Below, in pieces: positions 1-11,118 of a DNA stretch of 27,741 bases. Both the position numbers and the translations under genes were made by a program. Source of the DNA: Chiloscyllium plagiosum (lineage: Eukaryota); NCBI RefSeq assembly GCF_004010195.1, contig NC_057752.1, forward strand, positions 12,960,381 through 12,988,121, written 5' to 3'. The stretch's first letter is position 1; each line of letters starts with the position of its first letter. The notes beneath the pieces were generated by a model, which was given only the letters and a program-made list of their open reading frames with translations, did no database searches and was not told the DNA's origin.

Positions 1-392
1 ATGTCCCTGTCCCGCAAGTGTTTGATGGGAGTGGTGTAGATTGAGCTTTACTCTATACCTAACCCCGTGATGTCGCTGTCCTGGGAGTGTTTTACGGGGG
101 GACAGTGCAGAGACATCATTACTATGTAGCTAATCCCGTGCTGTCCTTGTCCTGGGAGTGTTTGATGGGGAACAGTGTAGAGGGAGCTTTACTCTGTATC
201 TAACCCCAAGCTGTCCCTGTCCTGAGAGTGTTTGATGGGGACAGTGTAGAGAGACCATTGCTCTGTAGCTAACTCCGTGCTGTCCCTGTCCTGGGAGTGT
301 TTGATGGGGGACAGTGTAGAGGGAGCTTTACTCTGAATCTAACCCCGTGCTGTCGCTGTCCTGGGAGTGTTTGATGGGGGACAATGTAGAGG
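1..392. repeat. Tandem minisatellite, 69-71 bp unit, about 5.6 copies, runs off the left edge
   Basis: Unit CTGTCCCTGTCCTGGGAGTGTTTGATGGGGACAGTGTAGAGGGAGCTTTACTCTGTATCTAACCCCGTG recurs with starts at about 1, 70, 141, 211, 280 and 350. Confidence 0.95.
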
Positions 393-1257
393 AAGATATT
401 CACTGTGGAGTGTGTGGTGCAGTGCTTGCTGAACTGTGCAGAATGGTTTATTAAATTGGATGCTGTAGGGTGCAGGATCTGGCAAGTCGTCAGATTTACA
501 AGGATTTTGTCCTTAAAAAGGGGAGGAATTGAGAAACACAAGAGCCTGCAATTCATCAACCTGATAGCTCTGTGCCTTTGCTGAGAAATGACCAGCACAG
601 TTCAGCCTACTGAACAACTTGCCACACAGTTTCCAAACCAGGAGGCACTCGAGAATTTCAGCTTGACTCAAAATATTTCCAACAGTTGGAATGGAGAATA
701 TTCTGCAGCCGGGAGAACTTGCTTTTTGCATATCCTGTCATAAATTCATTGTGTCCTGTTTAAAACAACAGGCAAGCTGTTATTCCTATTAGCTGTGAAT
801 TACAAAAGGAGAAGGAAAGACTGGGATTCCAGCCAATCTTTTCTGTTTTCAGCTTGATTTAAAAAAAATAGAGTGACTCTTTTCTATTATAGTCATGAGC
901 AGGTTATTTATAGAAAGCCCATCGCATTGACCTATCTCAAAGGTGCTTTCCTCTGTGAATTGGTTTCATGTGGCCTGACATGTTGTGCACAGCAAGAGCC
1001 CATATCGCAGCACTTTGACCTTCCAAAGATATTGGTTGAGCAAGGAGTATGGACCAGGATCCCAGGAGGACTTGTGTCCTTTAGGAGCTCTATGGAATCA
1101 CTTTCATGTACCTGAGCCACTGCAATCGGCTTGATGAATGCCGTGTTCCAGATTTCATCAGGGATCAGCACCTCTGCCACTGCAGAGTTCTCTCAACACT
1201 GCCGTGAGGATCTGTCAAGTGGAAAGGATTTTTGTAAACCCACAACCTCCCAATTAC

Positions 1258-1422
1258 AGGCACACATGCATACATACATATACATTCAGAGATACACATA
1301 TTCACTCACACATACACACAGACACACACACACATATATGAAGACACACACTCGTAAACACAGATACAGGTACACTCTCACACAGACACATGCATTCATA
1401 CAGACACACAAACACATACACC
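1258..1422. repeat. Degenerate (CA)n-rich low-complexity tract
   Basis: CACA/CATA/CAGA mosaic; explains the His/Thr-rich and Cys/Val-rich spurious ORFs. Confidence 0.9.
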
Positions 1423-1614
1423 TTCTTCTATATTGTCCTATCACATGCTTATTAAAAGTACCATGTACAAAAGTAAAGTCATTACATATGTAGGTTTGCA
1501 TAGACTATCCAGCACAGGAACAGGCCATTTAGCCCACAGTGTTTATCCTACCCTTGAGCCTCCTCCCATCTTGCCTCATCTTAAGAATGCATAAGGGTCA
1601 CTTGCCTTTATCAA

Positions 1615-2345
1615 ATATGGTATAGATTATAAGAGCAGGGAGGTGATGTCGGACATGTACAGATCTTTGGTGAGGCCAGAGCTCGAGTTCTGTGTGCAAT
1701 CCTGGTCCCCACACTATAGGAAGGATGTGATTATACTGGACAGGGTGCAGAGGTGATTCACCGGGATATTGCCTGGGATAGAGCAGTTTAGTGATGAAGA
1801 GAGGCTGGATAAACTTGGGCTGTTTTCTGTAACCATGATGTGGAGGTGTCAATGTTGGATTGGGGTGGACAAAGTCAGAAGTGACATTACATCAGATTAT
1901 AGTCCAACAGGCTTATTTGAAATCACAAGCTTTTGGAATGCTGCTCAAATAAACTATAACCTAGTGTTGTGTGATTTCTGACTTTGTTTTCCATAGAGCA
2001 GAGAAGGGTGAGGGAGGGCCTGAGAGGCGTGGATAGGAAGCAGCTGTACCCCTTGGTCGAAGGGTCAATAAGAAGGGACATCATTTTAAAGTGAAAGACA
2101 GGAGGTTTAGAGGGGATTTGAGGAAATATTCTTCCATCCAGAGGATGGCGAGGGCCTTGAATGCACTGCCTGGGAGAGTAGTTGAGGGGGGAAACCTCAC
2201 AACCTTTAAAAAATACTTGGATGGACCCTTGAAATGTCATAATATTGAAAGCTTTGAGGCCTAGTGTGGGAAAGTGAGACAGATCATTGCAGACTTGATG
2301 GGCTGAAAGGCCTCTTCTATACTGACTAATTTTTATGAAATCTAC
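1615..2345 (+). mobile_element. CR1-type LINE 3' remnant (RT C-terminus and 3' UTR), interrupted by a PLE-derived insert
   Basis: Translates to LVRPELEFCVQSWSPHYRKD and MPGIEQFSDEERLDKLGLFS, typical of the CR1 ORF2 C-terminus; CR1-like tail ATGGGCTGAAAGGCCTCTTCTATACTG near 2300. Confidence 0.9.
1828..1987. mobile_element. PLE pLTR-derived fold-back element nested in CR1
   Basis: Imperfect inverted repeat ACAAAGTCAGAA..ATTATAGT / ACTATAAC..TTCTGACTTTGT; flanking TGTTTTC direct repeat at 1821-1827 and 1985-1991; the CR1 sequence resumes on the far side. PLE assignment comes from recalled family similarity. Confidence 0.7.
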
Positions 2346-2719
2346 CATTGTAACCCACTATATTCCTCTCCCTCAAATATTTGTTGAGTTTCCCTTAAAA
2401 TGTATTTATCTTATCACTCCACGTGGTAACGAAGGTCTGTACTTGAATAGAATACATTATGACACTGGCAAAGGTCTTGTATTATTACATTTTTGAGCTA
2501 ACTTGATTGAACTGCATTCCACAGTCTCAAGGATATGAACAGGACACTGATAGCTGATGAACAAGTCAATAACACTGCAAGACCCATTGATAAAAACCAG
2601 AACTAACAAATTATTTTCTTTCGGTTCAGCAGTGTCCTCAATTTATAAATAATCCACAAATGCTGAATCCAGTTTGTGTTTTACCCTTTAAACCAGGACA
2701 ACGGACCTTCCTCATCCAG

Positions 2720-2931
2720 TGTCTAGATTAGTGTGGTGCTGGAAAAGCACAGCAGTTCAGGCAGCATCTGAGGAGCAGTAAAATCTACAGGCCTCTGCCT
2801 GTATTCCTGATGAAGGGCTTTTGCCCGAAACGTCGATTTTACTGCTCCTCGGATGCTGCCTGACCTGCTGTGCTTTTCCAGCACCACTCTAATCTAGACT
2901 CTGATTTCCAGCATCTGCATTCCTTGTTTTT
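2720..2931 (+). mobile_element. PLE pLTR-derived fold-back element with hammerhead core
   Basis: 65-bp inverted arms 2721-2785 and 2835-2899 (3 mismatches); 15-bp direct repeat ACCTTCCTCATCCAG at 2705-2719 and 2932-2946; same family as the sequence following the GIY-YIG ORF at 27.3 kb. Confidence 0.9.
2803..2838 (+). ncRNA. Minimal type I hammerhead ribozyme motif (PLE type)
   Basis: ATTC-CTGATGA-A-GGGC-TTTT-GCCC-GAAA-CGTC-GATT: intact CUGAUGA and GAAA cores, 4-bp stem II, palindromic ACGU in place of helix III, GUC cleavage triplet (cut after 2834). Stem I is weak. Confidence 0.8.
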
Positions 2932-3027
2932 ACCTTCCTCATCCAGCTCCAGGTCTTACTTCAAACTGTTTGATCAAAGATTTACAAATCCAGGTGTCTG
3001 GATAATTCCCACAAAGCTGAATCTTTC

Positions 3028-3450
3028 TTATAGAAACATCGAAAACAGAAGCAAGAGTAGGCCATTCAGCCCCTTGATCCTGCTACACCATTTAATATGA
3101 TCATGGCTGATCATCCAACTCAGTCCCCTGTTTCTGCTCTCTTCTGGTATCCTTTGATCCCTTTCAGCCTAAGAACGATATCAAATTCCTTCTTTCTGTG
3201 GCGGGGAATTCCACAGGATCCCCTGTCTCTGGGTGAAGATGTTTCTCCTCATCTCAGTCCGAAATGGCCTCTCCCATATCCTTAGACTGTGACCCCCTGA
3301 CTCTGGACTCCCCCACCATTGGGAACATCCTTCCTGCATTACACAGTCTGGACCTGCTCGGATTTTCTAAGTTTCTATGAGATGTCCCTTCATGTTTCGA
3401 AACTCCAGTGAATACACTCCTAAACAATCCCTCTGTCAGTCCTGCCATCT
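3028..3450 (-). mobile_element. CR1-type LINE 3' remnant
   Basis: Minus ORF 3254-3457 contains NAGRMFPMVGESR, matching the RMFPM motif of the 8121-8465 copy; tail reverse complement GAGTAGGCCATTCAGCCC. Confidence 0.8.
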
Positions 3451-3477
3451 TATTCACACACTCCTCAGCCCTGCCCC

Positions 3478-3622
3478 TCTATCAGTTCTGAAAAAGAGTC
3501 ATACCAGACTTGAAACGTTAACTCAGTTTCTATCTCTCCCCACATGTTGCCAGACCTACTGAGTTTCTCCAGCACTTTCTGTCTTTATTTCTGATTTCCA
3601 GCATCTGCAGGATATTGCTTTG
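3478..3622 (+). mobile_element. PLE pLTR-derived short element (second subfamily) with mutated hammerhead
   Basis: AGTT-CTGAAAA-A-GAGTC-ATACCA-GACTT-GAAA-CGTT-AACT at 3484-3523 (perfect stem I, 5-bp stem II, G8>A in the core), followed by the shared TGCCAGACCT..TTTCCAGCATCTGCAG body. Confidence 0.8.
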
Positions 3623-3772
3623 ACAGTGCCCCTCAGTCGGTGTAACACACCAGACCTTCGGTGTTTAACCCGGAGGGAAACTGGCAATTCTCTCCAGCTC
3701 TCCGTTTTAACACAACCCGGAGATTTTAAAACAGTTCCACATTCTACTGCTTTGTACAGACATTGCTTACTC

Positions 3773-4232
3773 AGAATCACAGAACTTTCACAGTGCAGAA
3801 GGAGGCCATTTGGCCCATCAGGCCTGCACTGGCTCTATTCCCTAGTGCCAATCTCCTTGCACATTACTTCTATCTAAATAACTATCTAATGTACCTCTTG
3901 AATGCCTCATTGGAACCTGCCTCCACACATTTCCAGAGAGTGCATTAACTGAGTGAAAAGTTTTTGTTTTCTCACATCACCCTTGCTTCATATGCACGAC
4001 ACTTTAAATCTATCCCCTCCATTCTTCTTCCTTTTGCCAGCAGAAACGGCTTCTCCCTATCTACTCAGTCCAGCCTGCACATGATTGTGAAACCTCTATC
4101 AAATCTCCCTCTCAGCCTTCTTCTCTCCTAGGCGAATAGTCCCAACTTCTTCAATCTATCCACATCACTGAAGTTTCTCATTCCTGGAACCATTCTTGTC
4201 AATTGCTTTTACACTCTCTCCAGTGCATTCAC
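3773..4232 (-). mobile_element. Old CR1-type LINE 3' remnant
   Basis: ACAGTGCAGAAGGAGGCCATTTGGCCCATC tail and AAACCTCTATCAAATCTCCCTCTCAGCCTTC body, homologous to other CR1 copies in the window. Confidence 0.8.
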
Positions 4233-4484
4233 ATATGATTGCCCTGATTGGAATACATTTCCGTCAAAGTGGGTATTTGCTCAGGACTCATTTCACTATC
4301 ATTCATTTTGCTCCCACAAAGATCAAGTTCACAAACTCAGCAGGAGCAAATCTGAATTAATCTCATCATGTCTTAACCATGTTCTCATAGTGAAGCAGAC
4401 ATAACTATCGACGTAATATGTACCTGAAAATTAATCAGTTTACCTTGTCATTTCAGGTATTTCCAAGGTATTCCAAGATATTAC

Positions 4485-4875
4485 ACTGTGGTTGTTAAAT
4501 TCCACATTCTCCCCCATTACGTTTCTTCTGAATTCCCGATTAGATTGCTTTGTGACTATCTTGTGGCCTCTAATGATGCTGATCTCCATAACAGGAAGCA
4601 TCCTCTCTAAAGCTTAACAGCCTCATCTAGGTCACCCATCAGTCAGCCCACTTTCAATAGTGAAGTGACCCAGCCTGCCATTTCTTCTCTGATGTGTAAA
4701 CACACTCAGTTCTGGAATCATTCTTGTAAACTTTTTAAAAGCTTGAGCTTTCTAAAATTTGTTAAAAAAAAGTTTAGAGTTTGTGCTATTTGGTTTAGTA
4801 GTGACACCTCCAATCAACCTGTGCAGTCTGCAAGGTTTTTCTACAAGGTTAATTCAGTATGTGACCAGGTCTAGT
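4485..4875 (-). mobile_element. Highly decayed CR1-like remnant
   Basis: Patchy similarity (TTCCACATTCTC, TTCTTCTGAATTCC, ATCATTCTTGTAAA) to other minus-strand CR1 copies. Confidence 0.5.
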
Positions 4876-4877
4876 AA

Positions 4878-5135
4878 TTTTTTCCCATCCCTAATTGCCC
4901 CCTTGAGAAGGTGGGGGTGAGCTGCCTTCTTGAGCCGTTGCAGTCTATGTGCTGTAGGTGTGGACTCGATCAGCTGAATGGTCTGCTCCCACACTGAGGG
5001 ATTCTATGATTCTAAACTGACCACAGTGCTTCCTACATTTCAACAGTGGCTACACTTCAAAAGCTTCTGTTCGCTGTAAAATGCTTTAGAATGTCTTGCG
5101 ATTGCAAATGAAATTATAGAAATTAATTGCTTTTG
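4878..5135. mobile_element. Mosaic of short repeat ends (LINE 3' end on -, SINE/CR1 tail on +, DeuSINE tail on +)
   Basis: 4878-4958 matches 5325-5410; 4960-5012 is the CACACTG..GGGATTCTATGATTCTA tail; 5025-5130 matches the 9060-9165 tail. Confidence 0.65.
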
Positions 5136-5289
5136 TTCCTACTTCCAACTTGCACATGGCACAAATGGTGTGAAAGTTCCCACTCACTAACTCTTAAAGA
5201 AAACCAAAACAACATGAACAAATGGGGCAGAGAGATCTAAATTACCACTTGGCTGTGACCATGAAGGTTTGCCATGTTTTTTATGTCCA

Positions 5290-5935
5290 CTTGTGGGAGG
5301 TGGGCATTGCTGGCTGGGCCCAGCATTTATTGCCTGGTCCCTGATTGCCCTCTTGAGAAGGTGGGGAGTGAGCTGCCTTCTTGAACCGCTGCAGTTCATG
5401 TGCTGTAGGTTGACCCACAGTGCCCTGAGGGAGGGAATTCCAGGATTTTGACCCAGTGACACTGAAGGAACGGCGATATGTTTCCGAGTCAGGATGATGA
5501 GGAGCTTGGAGGGGAACTTACAAGGGGTGGTGTTCCCATGTATCTGCTGCCCTTGTCCTTCTAGATGGAAGTGGTCATGGGTTTGGAAGGTGCTGTCTGA
5601 GGATCTTTGGTGAATTCCTGCAGTGCACCTTGCTGCTACTCAGCGTTGGTGGGGGAGGGAGTGGATGTTTGTGGATGTGGTGCCAATCAAGCGGCTGCTT
5701 TGTCCTGGATGGTGTCGGGCTTCTTGAGTGTTGTTGGAGCTGCCCCCATCCAGGGGCAAGTGGGGAGTATTCCCTCACACTCCTTGCAGATGGTGGACAG
5801 GGGAGTCAGGAGGTGAGTTAATCGCTGCAGGCTTCTTAGCCTCTGACCTGCTCTTGTAGCCACTGTATTTATACGGCTCATCCAGTTCAGTTTCTGGTCA
5901 ATGATAAGCTCCAGAATACACCCAGAATGATAGTA
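5290..5935 (-). mobile_element. CR1/L2-clade LINE 3' remnant (a family distinct from the main CR1)
   Basis: Minus translation IDQKLNWMSRINTVATRAGQRL, EYSPL and WMGAAPTTLKKPDTIQDKA is a non-LTR RT C-terminal region with frameshifts; the 3' end is shared with 21945-22060. Confidence 0.85.
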
Positions 5936-6939
5936 ACCCCAAGATGTTGATAGTTTCTCTGCAAAATGGTGCTTTTCCCTGATTTTCCCTCTACCAACCC
6001 GGAACCCCACAGTTCCCTGGAACCCTTTGATTTCTTGACTTCCTCACAGACACGATCCTCTCACACCTAAGAGCTGATTTGAATTTAACACTCTCATCAA
6101 TGTTTTCTGCCTCTGATGAGGAAATCATAAGCTCCTTTTAATTGCCACTGACAATGATACTTGGAGAGCAGATCAGTGAATGACAGGCCACTTTGAAAGA
6201 ACTCTGGAAAGTGGTAAACGGTGCTATGATGGCTAAAAAAGAATAAATGCTGGTTCCTGGGGACCTGGAAAGGAAGTGAGTGATTATGCTGATAGCTCTG
6301 CTCAGCCACAAACTCATTACTATTCATGCCTGCATGCCTAGTATGGTATAGCTCTCAGATTCCTCCACCGTCTTTTTTTTAAGAAGGGTTCAAACAGGGG
6401 CCATTAAATTTGGATGTGTCTCTGTGAAATGTGTTTTTTTGGGACTGCCCCCTCAGTTGCATCAGGAACGTTGCAAATCTGCGAGTTCCCTTTGGCAAGC
6501 ACATTGAAATTGTGGCCAATGGTGTTACTATATCAATATTTAATATATTCAGGATCAGCCATTTTCTTGCCTTTTGATGCGAGTGTCAGGCTTTGAAGGA
6601 ACCAGGCACCAGGCTATTCCTACTGAAGGAATTTTAGCAACAGCCCTTTTCACACTGCACAATGTATTTTTAAGCAATTTTATGGTCATGTAACAGTTCA
6701 CTCAGGGAGTCAGGGTTGCTGACATATTTACCTGCAAGTTGGAGTCCAGAACTGTTGAGAGTGATGGTGGTGGCTGTAACATTTTTTTTAACCACTCAAG
6801 CCTGATCAAGAATTGGAAGGATTCTCAGCTTGACGGCCAACCTGTGACGCATGAAACCTTACACATTGGCAGTTATACAGATTAATCAGTTTTTTGTTTT
6901 TGATTATTCAGCATTGACTGTTTGCCCGTTTCTAATTTC

Positions 6940-7570
6940 TTCATCCAAAGTTTAAATGTAATCGGCATGGTTACAAGGTGACCAAGATTGGGAAATAAGT
7001 ATTCCAGGCTACACATCTTAAAAAGTGGAGGAGTGGCTCTGATAGTAACCTTTGATGTAAGGACAGGTATAAGGACAGATCTTGGCTCAGGCTGTCATGA
7101 ACTAGAATTATTTGCAGGTGGAGATCAGGAATTGCAAGGGCAAGAAAACACTGGGCTGGCAGTACTTTACAGGCCCTTTAACAGTAGTTGTATTATTCGA
7201 TGGAGCATTAAGCAAGCAATAAGTGGAGCTTGTTACAAAGTCAATGTAATAATCGTGAGGGACTTTAATCTTCATATAGACTGGAGCAATCAGATTGGCA
7301 AAAAGGCAATCTAGAAGGTGAGTTTGTAAAGTAAATTGATGGTAGTTTCACAACATATTGCTTCAGGAAACTATCAAGGGATTCAAGTATTGTCTAATGA
7401 GGGGAGGTTAATTAGTAATATCGTAGTAAAGGATCCCCTGGGAAAAAGATGACACACTTAAATTCGATATTAAGTTTGAGAGTAAAATGCTCACGTCCCA
7501 TAATAGTCTTAAGTAAGAACTTCAATTGAAACAAAAGAGTAAAGGGGAACCTGGCTAAGGTGAATTGGGT
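6940..7570 (+). mobile_element. CR1 ORF2 endonuclease-region remnant
   Basis: GGVALIV, VLYRPFNS and VIIVRDFNLHIDW resemble the AP-endonuclease motifs GGVAL, YRPP and GDFN. Confidence 0.8.
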
Positions 7571-7574
7571 ACAA

Positions 7575-7715
7575 ACATATGAATGTCTAAATTAGGAGCA
7601 GGAGTAGGCCATTCAGCCCCTGGAGCCCACTCCACCATTTAATAAGATCATGGTTGATCTGATTGTAGCCTCAACTTGCCCACTCAACTCCCAGTATTCT
7701 TTGACTTCCTTAAAT
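7575..7715 (-). mobile_element. CR1-type 3' tail fragment
   Basis: AATTAGGAGCAGGAGTAGGCCATTCAGCCCC..CCATTTAATAAGATCATGG, shared with copies at about 3050, 12200 and 26880. Confidence 0.8.
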
Positions 7716-7944
7716 AGGTTATGTGGGTAAATAAACAGCAGGAAACACCAAAAGAGTCGAAACAAAGAGGTTGTCCCCCTCTAGCTAGGGAGCATTGAAC
7801 ACAGGGGATTCTTGCCTCCCTGGATGTGGTGAGTAAGGTAGCAGGAAGGACAGTTAACTGAGTGAGTTGGCTACTCAGAGATGCCCAACCCCCTTCCACC
7901 TCAGCCATTAAATGCTGGACGAGTAGGTCCGTAAGCCACCAAGA

Positions 7945-8670
7945 AAGGTTATCCACTTTGGTAGCAGAAATGTGAAGGTGGATTATTCTCTGAATGGCGA
8001 GAGATTGGGAAAGGGGGAGGTGCAGTGAGACCTGGGTGCCCTTGTGCACCAGTCACTGTAAGTAAGCCTGCAGGAGGCAGCAGGAGGTGAAGAAGGTCAA
8101 TAGGATGTTGGGCCTTCATAGTGAGAGGGTTCGAGTACAGGAGCAGGGATGTCTTGCTGCAGTTGGACAGGGCCTTGGTGAGACCACCCCTGGAGTATTG
8201 TGTGCAGTTTGGGTCTCCTTATCTGAGGAAGGATGTTCTGGTGATGGAGGGAGTACAGCAAAGGTTTCCCAGACTGATTCCTGGGATGGCAGGACTGACG
8301 TATAAAGACAGACTGGATCAGTTAGGATTATATTCACTGGAGTTTAGAAGAATGAGGAGAAATCTTGTAGTAACCTCTAAAATTCTAACAGGCCTAGACA
8401 GAGTAAACACAAGAAGGATGTTCCCAATGACCAGAGAGTTCTCACAGTGTGAGGATACGGGTTAAACCATTTTGGAATGTGATGAGGAGAAATGCCTTCC
8501 CTAGAGAGTGGGGGAGCCTGCAGAGTTCTCTGCCACAGAGAGCAGTTGAGGCCAAAACACTGAATGCTTCCAAGAAAGAATTAAATATCTTTCATAGAGC
8601 TAAAGGGATCAAAGGGTATGAGGGAGAAAGCGGAAACAGGGGACTAAGTTGGATGATCAACCATGATCAT
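7945..8670 (+). mobile_element. CR1-type LINE RT C-terminus and 3' UTR
   Basis: ORF 8121-8465: RGFEYRSRDVLLQLDRALVRPPLEYCVQFGSPYLRKD..RLDQLGLYSLEFRRMR. Confidence 0.93.
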
Positions 8671-8834
8671 ATGTTTATGGTCTTTTGACTTATAGTGAGT
8701 ATGAAATTGGGTGATGAATGTTGGCAAGCTCGTCACTTTACAGGAGCAACCATATCTTGTACACTGGCCCCATTCTGCCCACCTACCAACTGCACTGTTG
8801 TACATCTGTGGCCACCAATATGGCATGCTGGAGC

Positions 8835-9170
8835 AGGACTGTCTGAGGTGCCGTCTTTCATGTGAGGTGCTAAGTTTAGATTCTGTTCGCTCTCAGGTGT
8901 TGGTCTAAGACTCCATGGCATTATTTCAGGAAGGAACAGGGGAGTCTGCCCCCAGTGTTCTGACCAACATTTCTCTCTCAATTGACATAATTTAAACACT
9001 TGGTTTGGGAATTATTTAATTGCTGTTTGTGGGATCTTGCTGCGCACAATTTGGCTGCTGAATTTCTTACATTACAGTGTCTGTACTTTGAAAGTGCTTC
9101 ATTTGTCATTAAACATTTCTGGAGGCCCTGAGATCATTAAAGGTTAAATATTAATGCAAACTTACTTTCT
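8835..9170 (+). mobile_element. DeuSINE-like (SacSINE1/AmnSINE superfamily) central domain and tail
   Basis: GAGGTGCCGTCTTTC..CTCTCAGGTG..CCATGGCATTATTTC..GGGGAGT..TTGCTGTTTGTGGGATCTTGCTG..AATTTGGCTGC matches the Deu-domain consensus as I recall it. Confidence 0.75.
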
Positions 9171-9324
9171 TATAAACCCTGCGGTAAACTTGTTGGGCCA
9201 AATGGCCTATAGATTCCACATCTTGTAATCTTGAGCTGAAAACTGTGGCTGATTGTCACTCTCTCCAACACTCTTACTAGCCCTCTGATTGAGATGTGGC
9301 AAATCAACATGGGAACAGCAATTG

Positions 9325-9915
9325 TAATCATAGAGTCAAACAGCATGGAAACAGACCCTTCGGTCCAACTCCTCCATGGTGACCAGACATCCCAATCTGA
9401 CCTAATCCCATTTGCCAGCATTTGGCCCGTATCCCTCTAAACCCTTCCTATTCATATACCCATCCAAATGCCTTTTAAATGTTGTAATTGTACCAGCTTC
9501 CACCACTTCCTCTGGCAGCTCATTCCATACACACACCATCCTCTGCATGAAAAAGTTGCCACTTAGATCACTTTTAAATCTTTCCCCTCTCACCTTAAAC
9601 CTATGCCCTCTAGTTTTGGACTCCACCAGCCTGGGAAAAAGACCTTGTCTATTCACCCTATCTTGTCCCTCATGATTTTATAAACCTCTATAAGGTAACC
9701 CCTGAGCCTCCGATAGTCCAGGGAAAATAGCCCCAGCCTATTCAGCCTCTCCCTGTAGCTCAAACCCTCCAACCCTGGCAACATCCTTGTAAATCTTTTC
9801 TGCACCCTTTCAAGTTTCACAACTTCCTTCTGTTAGGAGGGAGACCAGAGTTGCACACTGTATTCCAAAAGTGGCCTAACCAATGTCCTGTATAGCCACA
9901 ACATGACCTTCCAAC
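9325..9915 (-). mobile_element. Relatively young CR1 (HER1-like) 3' fragment
   Basis: Minus ORF 9402-9656 ESKTRGHRFKVRGERFK..FFMQRMVCVWNELPEEVVEAGTITTFKRHLD; tail CATAGAGTC..GGAAACAGACCCTTCGGTCCAAC. Confidence 0.95.
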
Positions 9916-10221
9916 TACGAACTAACTCAACATCCTATCTGCTTTTTCGGAGTATTTTTGGACTATGTTGACAGTCCTGTGATTCTGCAACGGTTCTCCT
10001 GGGTCTCTGCACTGCATCTTCAGCTACTTTCAACTACTTTTCATGCCAGTCCTCTCAAACGTCTGCTGGAAGCCACCTGACGTGACAATGGCAGATCCCC
10101 CTCAGGCCCACACTTCCAGAACCTCAGGGGCAACTTCATTCAGAGGAATGCCTTAAAGAGCCGGCACTGCAATTGCAATGATTGGAAACTCCAAGCCACC
10201 AATTATAGATGGGGCAGGAAT

Positions 10222-10900
10222 ATTGTAGAATTACAGGGCACAGAAAGGCCATTTGGCCCACTGTGCTTCTGCTGGCCCCTCTTAAAGAGCTGTGGAATTT
10301 GTCACTCTCCCCTACGGCACTGAAAAACAAATTAGTTTCAAAACTTCATCCGATTGTTTTTTGAATGTTTTGATTGAATCTATTTCTGCTGCCCTCTCGC
10401 TGTGTAAAAAGAGAATTCCCCACATCTACCCTGTTTTGTGACCCGCTGGTTACTAACCCTTCTGTCACTGGAAACGCTTTCTCCTCGTTTAGTCCTATAA
10501 AAGGCCCTTATCCTCTGGAGCACCTCGATTAAGCCTCCCCTTAACCCTGCTGTGTGGCGAACTTTCTGACTTTCTCTATTCTCTTCATAGGCTCAGAAAT
10601 GGGCACAGTCATCCAGCTGATGGTTAATCATAACCTTTTAGCAGAACCTCCTTGTCATACAGCACGGGAACGGGGTGGGGAGGGAGCGGATTTGAACCCA
10701 GGTCCTACTGGTCTACAGGTAGAGATACTCCCACTGTGCCAATTGAGCCTCTGCTTTGCTATTCCAACCCTAATTTCGAAAGGAATCCTGAAGGCTTTGC
10801 GTTCATCCTGACCAATCTGTCCTGCCACCTTCACATATTTGAACATTTAAATTTCCTGGTGCCTCTGTTCCTGCATCCCTTTTCAAATTATACCATTGAA
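10222..10900 (-). mobile_element. Decayed CR1 remnant carrying an internal SINE head
   Basis: AAGGCCATTTGGCCCA tail, CACCTCGATTAAGCCTCCCCTTAACC and CCTGCCACCTTCA segments shared with other CR1 copies. Confidence 0.6.
10655..10750 (-). mobile_element. tRNA-derived SINE head (Pol III A and B boxes)
   Basis: Minus strand: A box TGGCACAGTGG (10741-10731), B box GGTTCAAATCC (10698-10688); no full cloverleaf. Confidence 0.6.
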
Positions 10901-11118
10901 TAAATACCTGACAATGAATAAATTGCTTCTCATCTCCTCGAACCATGACTTATCAGACTTACCCTGTGCAATGATCTGGTTCATGATGAAGCTGAAGTGC
11001 TTAATGAGACTCTGATTTAATGAACTTTTTACCAAACACGTACCTTTGAGCACCATCATTATAATTCGATTACGTCCCTGAGTATATTTTACATTTGTTT
11101 ACTTCCCTTTCTTATCTG

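Noticed and set aside
1..392. CRISPR-like array
   Set aside because: Whole units are repeated with no unique spacers; the context is eukaryotic and no cas genes are present.
932..1180. 82-aa minus ORF as a terminal exon
   Set aside because: The good acceptor near 1212 leads to early stops in all three frames; no family recognised.
6113..6130. CTGATGAGGAAA hammerhead-like string
   Set aside because: No room for stem II and no stem I or III pairing.
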